Source: Cyanobacteriota bacterium (lineage in GTDB: Bacteria; Cyanobacteriota; Cyanobacteriia; Cyanobacteriales; Nostocaceae). From it: a DNA stretch of 64,000 bases. This document shows, piece by piece, positions 1-11,387 of this stretch (position 1 is its first letter; each line of letters begins with the position of its first letter). The notes under the pieces were generated by a model. That model saw nothing but the letters and a program-made list of their open reading frames with translations, searched no databases and was not told where the DNA came from. A program made the position numbers and the translations under genes. The stretch covers positions 1-64,000 of the forward strand of contig JBJOKS010000001.1 in the NCBI GenBank assembly GCA_046045965.1, written 5' to 3'.

Positions 1-126
1 GTTTGATTCAATTTGCCGCATTGCTTCCGCGAAGCCACGCCCGCTATTTGTGCCAGTTGCGTCACTTGTTGCAGTACAAAAATACTATAATATAGCGATC
101 GCCTGTGCCAGTTGCGTAAGTCCTGT

Positions 127-495
127 TTATATTTCATCAGGGTAAGCACTCAGAAAAACTAATTGATTTATCATATCTTCTGCTGACTTATCTGCTATCA
201 ACTTGAGGACTCTTCGCATTTGTTCACCAATAGAATAATCTTGAGAAGAAATGATAATTCCTCCATGACTGTGTTGTTTTTCTATGTAGCTGCTGTGTAG
301 CTGGCAAAAGTCACCCACATTAAATGTGTATAAAACTCTTTGTAGTTCAGTGGCTAAAAGCAGTTGTTCTTTGTCACTAGAACTAATAGTTTCAACCTCA
401 GCAACAGTAATAACATCTACTCCTCTAGCTCTTAATGCTTTAATAAATCTTTGATCCATTGAATCTTCATCAATGAATAATCGAATTAAACTCAT
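127..495 (-). CDS. DUF5615 family PIN-like protein (VapC45-type toxin)
   Basis: N-terminal IRLFIDED, SDKEQLLLA, VLYTFNVGDF and HGGII motifs; overlaps upstream DUF433 gene by 4 nt. Confidence 0.85.
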   Translation of the reverse strand: MSLIRLFIDEDSMDQRFIKALRARGVDVITVAEVETISSSDKEQLLLATELQRVLYTFNVGDFCQLHSSYIEKQHSHGGIIISSQDYSIGEQMRRVLKLIADKSAEDMINQLVFLSAYPDEI

Positions 496-776
496 ATTGC
501 TTGCCCTTTTCCTATCGCTAATCTTTGATAATCAGCTTTTTCAGCAGCAATATAACCTTCAATTTCTTCTCGATTAGCATGATAATAAGTTAACGCTGCA
601 TATACTTGAACAAGAGTTACATTTCCCATGCGTTCAGTGATTTCTTCCGCATTTAATCCCATTTTGTACCAAGCTGCAATCCTTTGTACAGAAACCCTAG
701 TACCAGCAATACGAGGGCGACCTCCTAAAGTTTCTGATGATTTAATAATTAGTGTTCCAATATCAGTAGCGTGCAT
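492..776 (-). CDS. DUF433 family antitoxin (VapB45-type)
   Basis: GGRPRIAGTRVSV...EEI...QVYAALTYY signature. Confidence 0.9.
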   Translation of the reverse strand: MHATDIGTLIIKSSETLGGRPRIAGTRVSVQRIAAWYKMGLNAEEITERMGNVTLVQVYAALTYYHANREEIEGYIAAEKADYQRLAIGKGQAI

Positions 777-805
777 AAATAAATATTATTCTGATTATTT
801 ACTGA

Positions 806-913
806 CTAAATTATAACATAGGTTTGTAGATTAGCTTGAGAAACTTTATTAACAGGTGAATTTTGAGAATTGAGAATTTGAATACAAGCATTTGTATCTA
901 AGAGATAGGCCAT
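806..913 (-). pseudogene. Truncated VapC/PIN toxin (5' fragment)
   Basis: Manual translation MAYLLDTNACIQILNSQNSPV...; YLLDTN is the PIN N-terminal motif; only 35 codons; start overlaps the end of the 898..1185 gene. Confidence 0.75.
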
Positions 914-1185
914 TGAACTTCCTCCCGTTCTTCAAACTGAAGCTGTTCTGGAATTTCAATCATTTCACCTTCCCAACTACCTATTACTTCTTCTAAAAAT
1001 CTCCGAGAGTATCCTAACTCTTCTGAAGATTGAATTTCAGATTTTAATGATGTTTTGGCAATACGCTGAAATACAATCACCATTTCTAATTCCTCATTAG
1101 CAAACTCAGGGGGAAGTTCAATTTTGACTATCTTATTATTACCAATTTGTGCTTTAATTCCCATAAAATTTGCCATTTCTATCAT
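898..1185 (-). CDS. Putative VapB-type antitoxin (orphaned)
   Basis: Small acidic protein with C-terminal FLEEVIGSWEGE; immediately upstream of the PIN fragment. Confidence 0.6.
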   Translation of the reverse strand: MIEMANFMGIKAQIGNNKIVKIELPPEFANEELEMVIVFQRIAKTSLKSEIQSSEELGYSRRFLEEVIGSWEGEMIEIPEQLQFEEREEVQWPIS

Positions 1186-1428
1186 CTATCACCAACCATC
1201 CTGTAAATACTGGGGAAATTCAGGTTAAGGCTGGTAAATCTTATACTTATTTTTTCAATCATCTCTTCGCTTATATTAAAAATAGAAATGTAAAAATATT
1301 TTACATAAAATTTATACAATATTTGGCGTGTTTATATTTAGTCTCGTAAATTATTACAGTGTGGAAGACCCTACCCAAACCATCGGTTAGCACACCTTGG
1401 AGATAGTTTGCACTTTTATTAAAAATCT

Positions 1429-1446
1429 GTTACATTTATTTACATA
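1429..1446 (+). promoter_or_regulatory. HLR1 element (RpaB-binding direct repeat)
   Basis: GTTACATT-TA-TTTACATA matches (G/T)TTACA(T/A)(T/A)-N2-(G/T)TTACA(T/A)(T/A) exactly, 40 bp upstream of the 1486 ORF. Confidence 0.7.
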
Positions 1447-1485
1447 AGGAAACAAAAGTAAAAACAAAAAAACGAGGGTTTAAAG

Positions 1486-1713
1486 ATGACTATCTTAATT
1501 GCATTATTGGTTGTAGGTTGGGTTGCTGGTTCTGTTGTCGGTTCTTTGGCTTACTTCATGGGTGAACAAACCAAGCCTATCCACGAACGTAACTGGCGTT
1601 CTGAGTCTTTTGAACAGTTGGCTAAGTCTATTACTGGCATGGAAATAGATTACAGCGATCGCACTCCCGCCTATGCGATGGATGCTTACACCAGCCGCAC
1701 TTTACCTCAATAG
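1486..1713 (+). CDS. psb35: Small single-TM protein, probable photosystem II assembly protein Psb35 family
   Basis: N-terminal TM helix followed by GEQTKPIHERNWRS; family recalled, not searched. Confidence 0.6.
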   Translation: MTILIALLVVGWVAGSVVGSLAYFMGEQTKPIHERNWRSESFEQLAKSITGMEIDYSDRTPAYAMDAYTSRTLPQ

Positions 1714-1748
1714 TAATCAAGTGCGTTTAATCAAATGTTCATAAAAAT

Positions 1749-1781
1749 AACCCTCAGTACCGTAACTGGGGGTTTTGTTTT
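1749..1781 (+). terminator. Rho-independent terminator
   Basis: AACCCTCAGT-ACCGTA-ACTGGGGGTT stem followed by T tract. Confidence 0.75.
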
Positions 1782-2111
1782 CATTAGTTTTTTAAATCTG
1801 ATTTTTACCAAAAAAGTTGTATGTCAAGTTTTTTTGCAATAAGCAGCTTTATTCTCAAGATTATTGATAATGATGTCAATAATTTGACGAGTTTTGGTTT
1901 TTTTAGCCATTGATATTGACATATAGATTTTTTCTGCTATTCTAGGAATAGAATTGGCTAATATTATATTTACTTGAATATTATATTTACTTTTATTGTC
2001 AGATAGCGTAGTCAGATCAAGATTTACAGAATTAAAATATGGATAGGATTGAGGATATTTTTCATGATCGTGAAAATCCTCAAATCCTGCAAATCCTGAT
2101 TTAGATAGAAA

Positions 2112-3701
2112 CTACACAGGACGGTAAACGCGATAGTTGATATTGGGGAAAATATTATCCATCAACTCGACTTTTTCTAACCAACCGCTATCAACCTTAC
2201 CCACTTTTACATCTTCATACAGTTTATTAAACCTCATTAAGTGCGATCGCGTTCTTCTCACCGCATAAGGAACCATAGTTCCTGTCCGCATAATAAATGC
2301 CCAATCAGAAGATTGTGCTAATAATAACTCTCGCGCTGCTTGGTTTAAAGCCTTCCATTGCAATTCATCCTCTGGTTCCAGAGTTGATATTTCAATCATC
2401 CGTTCCGCAGCTTTGTGTAAATGTGGGTAAACCCAGGCATTTGTCTCATTTAACCAATACTCGTGGAAACCCTTGTAACCCCAACTAGACTGAGCAGGAC
2501 GACAAACTTGTTGGGTGGGATTTGCACGTAAATAATCAGCCAAATGAGTCATTTCATAAGTCCCTTGATCATACCATGATTTACGGAACAGGTAATCAAT
2601 AAACCAAGGACCCTCATACCACCAATGACCAAATAACTCTGCATCATAAGGTGAAACAATAATTGGTGGGCGACCCATGATACCGTGTAAATGCTCAGAT
2701 TGACGCTCACGGTTATACATAAAGTTGGCAGCATGATCAGCCGCCTTTTCCCTTGCCCAATAAGGATCATAGAGTGCCTTATCAGAAAGACCTAAGCCAC
2801 GCCCTGTAATTTTATGATACTTAATGCCTGTATTTTTCCGCTGACCATTGGGCATGATGTAAGGCTTAATATACTCATATTCAGCTTCCCAACCCAAATC
2901 TTTGTAAAATTCCCGATATTCTGCCGCACCCGGATAGCCTACCTCAGAAGACCATACTTGTTGAGAAGATTCATGATCTCGACCAAAAGCAGCTACACCA
3001 GGTTCAGTGAAAATTGGGGCATAAGTACCGAAGCGGGGACGGGGACGAGCGTATAAAATACCATGTCCATCAGTGAGGAAATAACGCAAACCAGCATCCG
3101 CCAGCATTCGGTCTAAACCTTCATAATAGGCGCATTCTGGCAGCCAAATTCCTCTGGGTGCTTTACCAAAAGTTTCCTCGTAATGTTCACAAGCTACTTT
3201 AATTTGCGACCATACAGCCTGGGGATACATTTTCATTAGCGGTAAATACCCATGAGTAGCACCGCAAGTAATAATTTCTAGGTTATTAGTATCTTGAAAC
3301 CCTTTAAAAGCTGTTACTAAATCACCATTGTATTTTTCCCAAACCTGACGAGCTTCGTTAAATTCAGTAGCGTAATGTTCAGCCAAATAACGCAAATGCC
3401 CGTTGTGGACATTTCGCTCGGCTTCTAGTTCTATTAGTTCTTCTAGTTGGGATAGATGTGCATCATAGCGTTCTTGTAGCAGAGGATCACGCAGCATTGA
3501 CACGAGGGGAGGTGTCATACTCATCGTGATTTTAAAGTCGATCCCGTCTCGCTTTAAGCCTTCAAATACTTTTAATAAGGGGATATATGTTTCGGTAATG
3601 GCTTCATACAGCCATTCTTCCTCCAGCACATAGTCACTTTCTGGGTGACGAACGAAAGGTAAATGTGCGTGAAGTACAAGTGCGACGTAGCCTATAGCCA
3701 T
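2112..3701 (-). CDS. Glycoside hydrolase family 57 (DUF1957), branching-enzyme type
   Basis: HAHLP, ETYIP, WLPEC, PYDAELFGHWW, AQSSDW motifs. Confidence 0.93.
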   Translation of the reverse strand: MAIGYVALVLHAHLPFVRHPESDYVLEEEWLYEAITETYIPLLKVFEGLKRDGIDFKITMSMTPPLVSMLRDPLLQERYDAHLSQLEELIELEAERNVHNGHLRYLAEHYATEFNEARQVWEKYNGDLVTAFKGFQDTNNLEIITCGATHGYLPLMKMYPQAVWSQIKVACEHYEETFGKAPRGIWLPECAYYEGLDRMLADAGLRYFLTDGHGILYARPRPRFGTYAPIFTEPGVAAFGRDHESSQQVWSSEVGYPGAAEYREFYKDLGWEAEYEYIKPYIMPNGQRKNTGIKYHKITGRGLGLSDKALYDPYWAREKAADHAANFMYNRERQSEHLHGIMGRPPIIVSPYDAELFGHWWYEGPWFIDYLFRKSWYDQGTYEMTHLADYLRANPTQQVCRPAQSSWGYKGFHEYWLNETNAWVYPHLHKAAERMIEISTLEPEDELQWKALNQAARELLLAQSSDWAFIMRTGTMVPYAVRRTRSHLMRFNKLYEDVKVGKVDSGWLEKVELMDNIFPNINYRVYRPV

Positions 3702-3801
3702 AATGGTTCTGGGGTGGGTTGTAAATTGAAGGTCGAGAGTTTGGCAGAAATTAACAATATTTTAAGATCATATAGCAATCGTTAATCATTCGTGAATAAT
3801 A

Positions 3802-3834
3802 AGATCCCCGACTTCTTAGAGAAGTCCAGGATCT
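3802..3834. repeat. ~33-bp palindromic dispersed repeat (AGATCCCCGACTTCTT...AAGTCCxGGATCT), copy 1 of 3
   Basis: Similar copies at 44125..44157 and 56966..56998. Confidence 0.8.
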
Positions 3835-3959
3835 GCAATTTTCTATTTTTACCGATTAAATCGGAATGCTATGATTAACTACTTTGTGCAAATATGTTTA
3901 AATATATAAATGTAAAAAAATCCCATTCCAAATATTCTCACTCCTGACTCCTACCTCCT

Positions 3960-5093
3960 TCAATCCTCACTGTCTGTATATAAATCAGGCAAATTCTGTA
4001 CTTGTACCCGACGAGAAACCCGGCGATATTTTTTACTTTCTAATTTCGGTTCGTACTGGCTTTGACCTTTACCTTTACTTTTCAGTTTTAATGTAGACTC
4101 AGGATCAGCTTGTTGTTTAAGATAATTTTGATATGAAATCGCATCATTCAAAAATTCTAAATAATGCTCATATCTTTCCCAGTCATCACCAACCACACAA
4201 CCTGGTTCATCTCGATGCAAACAATCACTAAATCGACAATTACCAACTTCTAAGCGTTTTCTGGCTTCAGGGAAATAATAAATTAATTCCTCTGGACTAC
4301 AATTTAAATCAGGTTGATTAAAACCAGGAGTATCAGCCAATAATCCGCCATTAGGCATTTCAAATAATTCTACATGACGGGTGGTATGGCGACCACGGGC
4401 TAATTTACCGGAAACTTCCCCCACACGCAGGTTAGCATCGGGAATCATAACATTAATTAAGCTAGATTTTCCCACACCAGAAGGACCAGCAATGACCGTA
4501 ATTTTATTATTTAAATAATCGCCAACTTGGTGAATATTAATATTATTTTGGACACTGAAAAAAATTGGTTCATAGCCCCAAGCACATAGGCGATCGCTAA
4601 TTTCCTGTTGCTCTTCTGGAGTAATTAAATCACATTTATTCAAACACAACAACACATCCACCCCTGTAGACTCAGCCTTAATTAAAAATCGGCTCAATTG
4701 CACAGGTTCTAAAAGTGGATCAGCAACCGCAAATACTAAAAGAATTTGGTTAACATTAGCGATCGCAGGTCTATCTAACTCACTTTGTCGGGGTAAAACA
4801 TCAGCGATCGCACCTCGTCCCCCACTCCAGTCTGGTTCTTCAACGATCACGCGATCGCCCACCATCACCTGCTGACCAATTTTCTTCAACCGAGTTCTGC
4901 GGGTACAGAGGAGACTGGGGAATGGTGACTGGGGACTGGTGACTGGGATGAAATTAATTTCTTTATTTTCTATTCCCTGTTCCCTGTTCCCTGTTCCCTG
5001 TTCCCTTTCTAACTGCACACGATAAAAATTAGCCTGTACAGCTAACACCGTACCCACTAACTGTCCAGTAGTAGAAACAGTATCACCTTTCAT
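3960..5093 (-). CDS. rsgA: Ribosome small subunit-dependent GTPase RsgA
   Basis: NKCD, GPSGVGKSS, GRHTT, DTPG and CRFSDCLHRDEPGC zinc site. Confidence 0.95.
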   Translation of the reverse strand: MKGDTVSTTGQLVGTVLAVQANFYRVQLEREQGTGNREQGIENKEINFIPVTSPQSPFPSLLCTRRTRLKKIGQQVMVGDRVIVEEPDWSGGRGAIADVLPRQSELDRPAIANVNQILLVFAVADPLLEPVQLSRFLIKAESTGVDVLLCLNKCDLITPEEQQEISDRLCAWGYEPIFFSVQNNINIHQVGDYLNNKITVIAGPSGVGKSSLINVMIPDANLRVGEVSGKLARGRHTTRHVELFEMPNGGLLADTPGFNQPDLNCSPEELIYYFPEARKRLEVGNCRFSDCLHRDEPGCVVGDDWERYEHYLEFLNDAISYQNYLKQQADPESTLKLKSKGKGQSQYEPKLESKKYRRVSRRVQVQNLPDLYTDSED

Positions 5094-5347
5094 GCGGTAG
5101 TTGCCGGACGACGTACTAACAGAGAAAAATAACCAGAACAGTCCGCAATATTTTCCACCTGATAACCAGCCATAGTCAAGCTATCAGGAACCTGCTCAAT
5201 TGGTTCACCTCCATCTAACCAGACTTCTAACAAACCTCCATCTGGCATTTGCTGCAAACGTAATTTTGTCCGCACAAAATTAATCGGACAAGGAGTACCA
5301 CGCAAGTCCAATTGAGCATCAGGAGTTAACAGAGAAGATACACTCAT
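5090..5347 (-). CDS. Sulfurtransferase TusA family protein
   Basis: [16 protein letters not shown] motif. Confidence 0.88.
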   Translation of the reverse strand: MSVSSLLTPDAQLDLRGTPCPINFVRTKLRLQQMPDGGLLEVWLDGGEPIEQVPDSLTMAGYQVENIADCSGYFSLLVRRPATTA

Positions 5348-6483
5348 GATTTAAACAGATTCTCAAAAAATCCCCCACCTTTACCAGTTCTATCTCCCTT
5401 AATTTTAGCTAGTTTTTCCAGCAGTTCCCTTTCCTCCGGCGTGATCTTCGTGGGAATATCAATCAACACCGTCAGCATATGGTCGCCCCGACTCACAGGG
5501 TTGCCCAAACGAGGTACACCGCGATTTTCCAGTTTCATCACCGTATTTGGCTGAGTTCCTGCGGGAATAATTAACTCCACTGGACCATCTACAGTATTCA
5601 CCTCCAAACGGCAACCTAAAATTGCTTGTAGGTAGCTAAGTTTGATTTCCGACAGAACGTTAATTCCATCGCGCTGAAATTCTTCATCCTGATTTACAAA
5701 CAAATAAACATACAAATCTCCAGGAGGACCACCCCGTTGACCAGCGTCACCTTCTTGGGAGATTCGCAAACGTGTACCATTATCTACCCCAGCGGGAATA
5801 GTAATTTTCAGCTTTTTCGTCACCTGATTTGTGCCTTTACCGTCACAAGCATCACATTTATCTTCAACTACAGTCCCTGTACCATTACAAGTGGGACAAG
5901 TAGAAACTTGGGTAAAACTACCAAAAGGAGTTCGAGTGACACGTCGCACCTGACCAGAACCGCTACAGGTAGAACAAGTGCGGGGACGAGTTCCTGGTTT
6001 AGCACCAGAACCGTTACAGACCTCACAAGTTTCTAGATGAGAAATGCGGATTTCTTTTTCACCACCAAATACAGCTTCCCGAAAATCCAACTTCAGGTCT
6101 AGCCGCAGGTCATCACCCCGCACCGGTCCACTACGCCGTCTTTGTTGCTGGGCAGGTCCACCCATTCCCCCACCAGCAAAGCCACTGAAAATGCTTTCAA
6201 AGATATCGGCAAAACCGCCCATATCGCCCATATCTTGGAAGCCAGCACCAGCCGCAGCAGCACCAGATACACCAGCTTCCCCAAAACGGTTGTAACGCTC
6301 GCGGGTTTCTGGCTCAGACAGAACTTCATAAGCGCGGTTAATTTCCTTAAACCTTTCTTCCGCACCCGGTTCTTTGTTCACATCTGGGTGATACTTCCGG
6401 GCTTGGCGGCGATAAGCCTGTTTAATTTCCTCTTTGTCGGCGTCACGAGAGACACCCAGAATTTCATAATAGTCGCGGGCCAT
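5344..6483 (-). CDS. dnaJ: Chaperone DnaJ
   Basis: J domain with HPD, G/F region, four CxxCxGxG repeats. Confidence 0.97.
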   Translation of the reverse strand: MARDYYEILGVSRDADKEEIKQAYRRQARKYHPDVNKEPGAEERFKEINRAYEVLSEPETRERYNRFGEAGVSGAAAAGAGFQDMGDMGGFADIFESIFSGFAGGGMGGPAQQQRRRSGPVRGDDLRLDLKLDFREAVFGGEKEIRISHLETCEVCNGSGAKPGTRPRTCSTCSGSGQVRRVTRTPFGSFTQVSTCPTCNGTGTVVEDKCDACDGKGTNQVTKKLKITIPAGVDNGTRLRISQEGDAGQRGGPPGDLYVYLFVNQDEEFQRDGINVLSEIKLSYLQAILGCRLEVNTVDGPVELIIPAGTQPNTVMKLENRGVPRLGNPVSRGDHMLTVLIDIPTKITPEERELLEKLAKIKGDRTGKGGGFFENLFKS

Positions 6484-6536
6484 AAAGCAAGGGTAAAAGT
6501 TAGAAGTAAGAAAGCAAAACTACCTAAAAGACCAAG

Positions 6537-7825
6537 TTGACACTCACCACGGCTAGAAGCCGGGGGATTCTTGCTTCAAAGGGATGCCAATGAATTTACC
6601 CTCAGCAAGCATCTTCACCGTCTGCCCGACGGCTGCAAGTCCTCTCATCAGAACTACTTGAGCGGCTGCAACATCCCTATCAGTTGTATAGCCACAATTT
6701 TCACAAGCATGAACAAGCTGGGACAACTCTTTTTTACCCGTTTCCATTCTACAATGAGGGCAAAGCTGAGAGGTCTTTCTACTATCTACTTTCTGAAAAT
6801 ACACACCACGTTTGAAACAACACTGCTCCAGAATTTGAAAGAATTGTCCCCATCCAGCATCTAGACAATGCTTGCCAAGTATTCCTCTAGACAACCCAAC
6901 TAAATTCAAATCTTCTACAAAGATAGTTTGAGCATGATCACAAAGTTGATGTGCTATTTTCCAATAAAAGTCCGATCTTGTATTAGCAATATGTTCATGT
7001 AGTTTTGCCACTTTATTTTGAGCTTTTACTCTATTATTTGACCCTTTAACTTTACGACTAACTCTTTGTTGCAGCAATCTCAGCTGGCGTTGGAGGTCTA
7101 CAAAGAATTTAGGGCGTTGAACACAAAGTCCACCAGAAGTAGCAACAAAACTCATTAATCCCACATCTACACCAATTGCTTCTCCCACTGGCTGATATTG
7201 CGGAATAGACACATTCCATTGCCAAGTTAGCATTGCATACCATCCAGATACCCGTTTGACAATTCTGACTTGTTTAACTGTGGCATCTGTGGGAATCTCA
7301 CGGGATTTTCTAAACCTCACCCATCCAATTGCAGGGAGTTTAACAGCACTATTTTTGAACGGTTCTTTTCCTAGTTGCGGAAATACTATTGAGCGGAATT
7401 GCCCAGCTTTCTGAAAACGAGGGAATCCAAAATTACGCTCCCACATCGAAGTGAAAGCATTTTCCAGTCTTTCGAGTGTTTGTTGCAATACCTGAGAATG
7501 GACACTCTTTAGTTCTGGATATTGTTCCTTTGCTGCGGTTAATGACTTACATTGACTTGAGTAGCTAGGACGTGGTGTATCTGTGGGGATAATGTATTCA
7601 GAATGCAATGAACAAGCGTTAATTTGACATGAGCGAGATTTATACCAATCTTTGCGTTCGGCTAAGGCATAATTGTAGACTTTGCGGTTAATTTCTAACC
7701 AGTCTTGAAAGATTTCTATTTGCTGTTTAGTTGGTTTTAGTCGAAACTCATACGTCAAAGAAAACACTTATTCATCACCTCCTCAATGGATGAGATTATA
7801 CATTATTTTTAACTAAAGTTAAGCT
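6537..7825 (-). mobile_element. IS200/IS605-family (IS1341-like, tnpB-only) element
   Basis: Right end on minus strand GAATCCCCCGGCTTCTAGCCGTGGTGAGTGTCAA, ending in TCAA at 6537; left boundary tentative (TTAC at 7829-7826 before a TTAACT-TT-AGTTAA hairpin); no tnpA seen. Confidence 0.7.
6553..7767 (-). CDS. tnpB: RNA-guided endonuclease TnpB
   Basis: YEFRLKPT N-terminus, RuvC I GVDVG, RuvC II VEDL, CPHC/CENC zinc finger, RuvC III DRD; GTG start with GGAGGT RBS and TATAAT upstream. Confidence 0.93.
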   Translation of the reverse strand: MFSLTYEFRLKPTKQQIEIFQDWLEINRKVYNYALAERKDWYKSRSCQINACSLHSEYIIPTDTPRPSYSSQCKSLTAAKEQYPELKSVHSQVLQQTLERLENAFTSMWERNFGFPRFQKAGQFRSIVFPQLGKEPFKNSAVKLPAIGWVRFRKSREIPTDATVKQVRIVKRVSGWYAMLTWQWNVSIPQYQPVGEAIGVDVGLMSFVATSGGLCVQRPKFFVDLQRQLRLLQQRVSRKVKGSNNRVKAQNKVAKLHEHIANTRSDFYWKIAHQLCDHAQTIFVEDLNLVGLSRGILGKHCLDAGWGQFFQILEQCCFKRGVYFQKVDSRKTSQLCPHCRMETGKKELSQLVHACENCGYTTDRDVAAAQVVLMRGLAAVGQTVKMLAEGKFIGIPLKQESPGF

Positions 7826-8076
7826 GTAAAGGAATAGAGACAATAGCATTAATATAGGAAACGAAATAAATGATCAGTGAATTTAGTTGCATCATCCTGA
7901 GACTGCTTCAGCCCATCTCTTTTACAATTGTGCTACTTAGATGAGCAAAACTAAGCCCTTCAAATAGAGGAACTAACCGTACCATTTAGTGTGGAAACCC
8001 ACCATATACTTTTAGTCGCATCTCTAATATTAAAGCATCTAATTCACTGAAGTTCGTTTCTACAATCTAGCAAACC

Positions 8077-8175
8077 TGGGGACTGGGGACTCTTTACTGG
8101 GGACTGAGGACTCTTTACTGGGGACTGGGGTTATTAATCTTCCCCTGCTTCCCCTGCCTCCCCTGCCTCCTGCCT
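8077..8175. repeat. STRR heptamer/nonamer array (GGGGACT; CCCCTGC)
   Basis: Tandem short repeats directly after the dnaK stop. Confidence 0.8.
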
Positions 8176-8176
8176 C

Positions 8177-10156
8177 CTAATCTATCGCTTCATAATCAGT
8201 TGAAGCAGTAGCATCCTCATCAAAATCGAAATTAAATTGCGGTATTGATGTTTCTGTAGCGGAACTTTCTTCCACAAAAGTTAAAGAAATATCAGAAATA
8301 TCTTCCCCTTCCTTTTCCTCTTCCGGTTGGCTATTTCCTGGATTATTAGCTCGTTTGTAAACATCTGCGCCCATAGCAAACAGACTTTGTTGAAAGTCCT
8401 CTAATATTGGCTTAAATACAGATGCGGAGATATTTGGGTCACTCATAGCCTCTTGGAGTTTAACTAATTTCTCGTCTGCCAGAGCTTTAATTTCTTCACT
8501 GACAAACTCTCCATTGTCTTTCAACGTAGATGTGTAACTAAATAAAAGGTTATCAGCTTGGTTTTTAAGTTCAATCAGTTGTTTACGTTTTTTGTCTTCT
8601 TCTCCAAATAATTCAGCCTGTTGTCGCATCCGTTCCACTTCGGCTTGACTTAAACCACCTGTATTGGTGATCCGAATACTCTGCTCTCTTCCTGTACCCC
8701 TGTCTTGAGCAGAAACTTTGAGGATACCATTGACATCAATATCAAAAGCCACTTCAATTTGGGGGACACCACGGGGAGCAGGGGGAAGCCCGGCCAACAG
8801 AAACTTACCCAGAGATTTGTTATCTTTTGCCATAGCCCGTTCTCCTTGGAGAACGTGAATTTCTACAGAATTTTGGCCATCAACTGCTGTAGAAAAGACC
8901 TGGGATTTACTGGTAGGAATTGTAGTATTACGTTCAATGATTTTAGTGAATACTTCCCCTAAAGTTTCCAGTCCCAAAGATAGGGGAGTCACATCTAAAA
9001 GTAGGAGCGTATCAACTTCCCCACCCAACACACCAGCTTGAATTGCCGCTCCCAGTCCCACTGCTTCATCAGGGTTGACAGAACGATCAGGAGTTTTGCC
9101 GTTGTAAAATTTAATCACAGCATTCTGCACTGCGGGAATGCGAGTAGAACCACCAACCAAGATAATGCGATCAATTTGATCAGGTTTGAGATCCGCGTCT
9201 TTGAGTGCCTGAATCATTGGCTCGATGGTAGCAGATATTAAATGGGCAGTGAGTTCTTCAAATTTAGAACGACTTAGTTCCATTTCCAGATGTTTTGGTC
9301 CTGTGGCATCAGCGGTGATAAATGGCAAGTTAATGGAAGTATTTATCATGCTGGAAAGTTCAACCTTTGCCTTTTCTGCTGCTTCCCGCAGACGTTGCAG
9401 CGCCATTTTATCTTGGGAAATGTCAATCTTCTCTTGTTGCTGGAATTGTTCTAGCATCCAAATAACAACGCAATTGTCAAAGTCATCTCCACCTAGTTGA
9501 TTATTACCACCAGTGGCTTTAACTTCAAAAACTCCATCTCCTAATTGCAGGATGGAGACATCAAAAGTTCCGCCACCCAAGTCGAATACTAAAATCAATT
9601 GTTCTTGATCTTGCTTGTCTAAACCAAAGGCTAAAGCAGCTGCGGTGGGTTCGTTGATGATCCGCAGAACTTCTAAGCCAGCAATTGTTCCAGCATCTTT
9701 AGTTGCTTGTCTTTGGGCATCGGTGAAATATGCTGGTACGGTAATCACTGCCTGAGTTACTTCTTCACCCAAAAAGTTTTCCGCCTCCTGTTTAAGCTTT
9801 TGCAGGATCATCGCCGATATTTCTTGGGGTGTGTAATTGCGTCCGCGAATTTGCACGTCAACGGTATCGTCTCGACCTTTGACACAGTTATAGGGTACAC
9901 GAGCGCGTTCTGTTTCCGTATCGTCCCAACGACGACCAATGAATCTTTTGATACTGTAGATTGTGTTTTCAGCATTAGTGATGGATTGGCGTTTGGCCAA
10001 CTGACCAACCAAAAGATCGTTACTCTTGCCAAATCCGACAATACTAGGAGTAGTGCGTCCTCCTTCGGAATTGGCAATCACTATCGGTTGACCACCTTCC
10101 ACAACAGCCACGCAACTGTTAGTAGTGCCTAAGTCGATTCCAATAACTTTTCCCAT
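8177..10156 (-). CDS. dnaK: Chaperone DnaK (Hsp70)
   Basis: [28 protein letters not shown]. Confidence 0.97.
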   Translation of the reverse strand: MGKVIGIDLGTTNSCVAVVEGGQPIVIANSEGGRTTPSIVGFGKSNDLLVGQLAKRQSITNAENTIYSIKRFIGRRWDDTETERARVPYNCVKGRDDTVDVQIRGRNYTPQEISAMILQKLKQEAENFLGEEVTQAVITVPAYFTDAQRQATKDAGTIAGLEVLRIINEPTAAALAFGLDKQDQEQLILVFDLGGGTFDVSILQLGDGVFEVKATGGNNQLGGDDFDNCVVIWMLEQFQQQEKIDISQDKMALQRLREAAEKAKVELSSMINTSINLPFITADATGPKHLEMELSRSKFEELTAHLISATIEPMIQALKDADLKPDQIDRIILVGGSTRIPAVQNAVIKFYNGKTPDRSVNPDEAVGLGAAIQAGVLGGEVDTLLLLDVTPLSLGLETLGEVFTKIIERNTTIPTSKSQVFSTAVDGQNSVEIHVLQGERAMAKDNKSLGKFLLAGLPPAPRGVPQIEVAFDIDVNGILKVSAQDRGTGREQSIRITNTGGLSQAEVERMRQQAELFGEEDKKRKQLIELKNQADNLLFSYTSTLKDNGEFVSEEIKALADEKLVKLQEAMSDPNISASVFKPILEDFQQSLFAMGADVYKRANNPGNSQPEEEKEGEDISDISLTFVEESSATETSIPQFNFDFDEDATASTDYEAID

Positions 10157-10441
10157 ACTGTCAGTAATTTTAGTGCTTTTATCGTGATTTTTTGCGGACT
10201 ATAGTTTTTTGCTCAGGGCTAAAAGTGCATTTTAAGGTCTGAGTAAATTCTGCTGTCACAAGTGCAATAAAATACAATTATACAGATATTTACAACAGGT
10301 GAAAAATCGGAATCTTAAATGAAGTTAGTAGGGCTGATTAACTTTAACAAAGAGTCAACAGCCCTATCTTGTTTGAGAAACGTGATTCTTGCCCTGATTA
10401 GAATCTATAACTTTCTAGTCAGTAAACCGAGTGAATACAGC

Positions 10442-11188
10442 TTAACTGTTTTCCTGACTCGACTCATCTTCCTGTTCTGTAGATGTATCTTCCTTGGGAG
10501 CAGCCACTTTTACCATTGCATGGCGCAGTACGCGATCGCCTAAATAATATCCGCGCACTAATTCTTCTAACACCGTTCCTTCTGGATGTTTATCCGTAGG
10601 TTCCCGCATAACTGCTTCGTGCAGGTTGGGATCAAATTCTTGACCTTCAGGACGCATTGGTGACACCCCTAATCGCTTAAGACAATCCACTAATTGTTTA
10701 TAAACCCCTTGATAACTTTTGTGAATTGTCATCTCGCCATCATTTTGTGGTTTGAGGTGCGCCCGCGCTCGCTCAAAATTATCAACAACAGGTAACAATT
10801 CCATAATCGTGTTTCTCTTTACCTGTGTTTCCATCTCTTCTTTTTCTTTGGAGATGCGTTTGCGGTAATTCTCAAAATCTGCGGCAATCCGCATATATTG
10901 AGTGCTACGCTCATCAAGTTGCATTTTCAGAGACTCATTTTGTTGAGTCAATTGTGTTAAAGCCGCCGTATCTACTTCTGTTGTTTCTGCCGCAGCGACA
11001 CCATTCTCTTCTGTGAGAGCAGGTTCTCCCGGTACATTAGTTTGGGCTGCTTGATGCTCAGTCACATCGCTGCCAGATTCGTGAGCATTAATTTCGGCTG
11101 GGGAGTCGCTTTTCATTGCTTGTTTTACCTCTATTGGTTCGCCCAATTCCTGGCTGGTATTGTTTACTTGTTTATTTTCATTCATCAT
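10442..11188 (-). CDS. grpE: Nucleotide exchange factor GrpE
   Basis: [33 protein letters not shown]. Confidence 0.96.
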   Translation of the reverse strand: MMNENKQVNNTSQELGEPIEVKQAMKSDSPAEINAHESGSDVTEHQAAQTNVPGEPALTEENGVAAAETTEVDTAALTQLTQQNESLKMQLDERSTQYMRIAADFENYRKRISKEKEEMETQVKRNTIMELLPVVDNFERARAHLKPQNDGEMTIHKSYQGVYKQLVDCLKRLGVSPMRPEGQEFDPNLHEAVMREPTDKHPEGTVLEELVRGYYLGDRVLRHAMVKVAAPKEDTSTEQEDESSQENS

Positions 11189-11387
11189 TATCTACTCATC
11201 CCAGATGCTTTTGAAGGCTTTGCTGGAAGCAATTGTAGATTTTTGATTAAACCTACGTGCAGCATTTAAACTGTACAATTCAAACATTATTCATGAAATC
11301 TAACAATACGGTTGATTTCACCATTTTATTATTTTGACAAATGGTGAACATATTCGCCTGGGTTGGGTGTAGGGGAAAAACTTAATT

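Noticed and set aside
5737..6864. Short antisense or out-of-frame ORFs over dnaJ and tnpB (likewise over GH57, dnaK, pilB/C, bioU, cpcC, cimA, thiOG, TPR and ABC genes)
   Set aside because: Shadow frames of well-supported genes with no motifs
6553..7767. TnpB as a nuclease-dead TldR regulator or Cas12f
   Set aside because: RuvC D/E/D residues are intact, an IS right end is present and there is no CRISPR array
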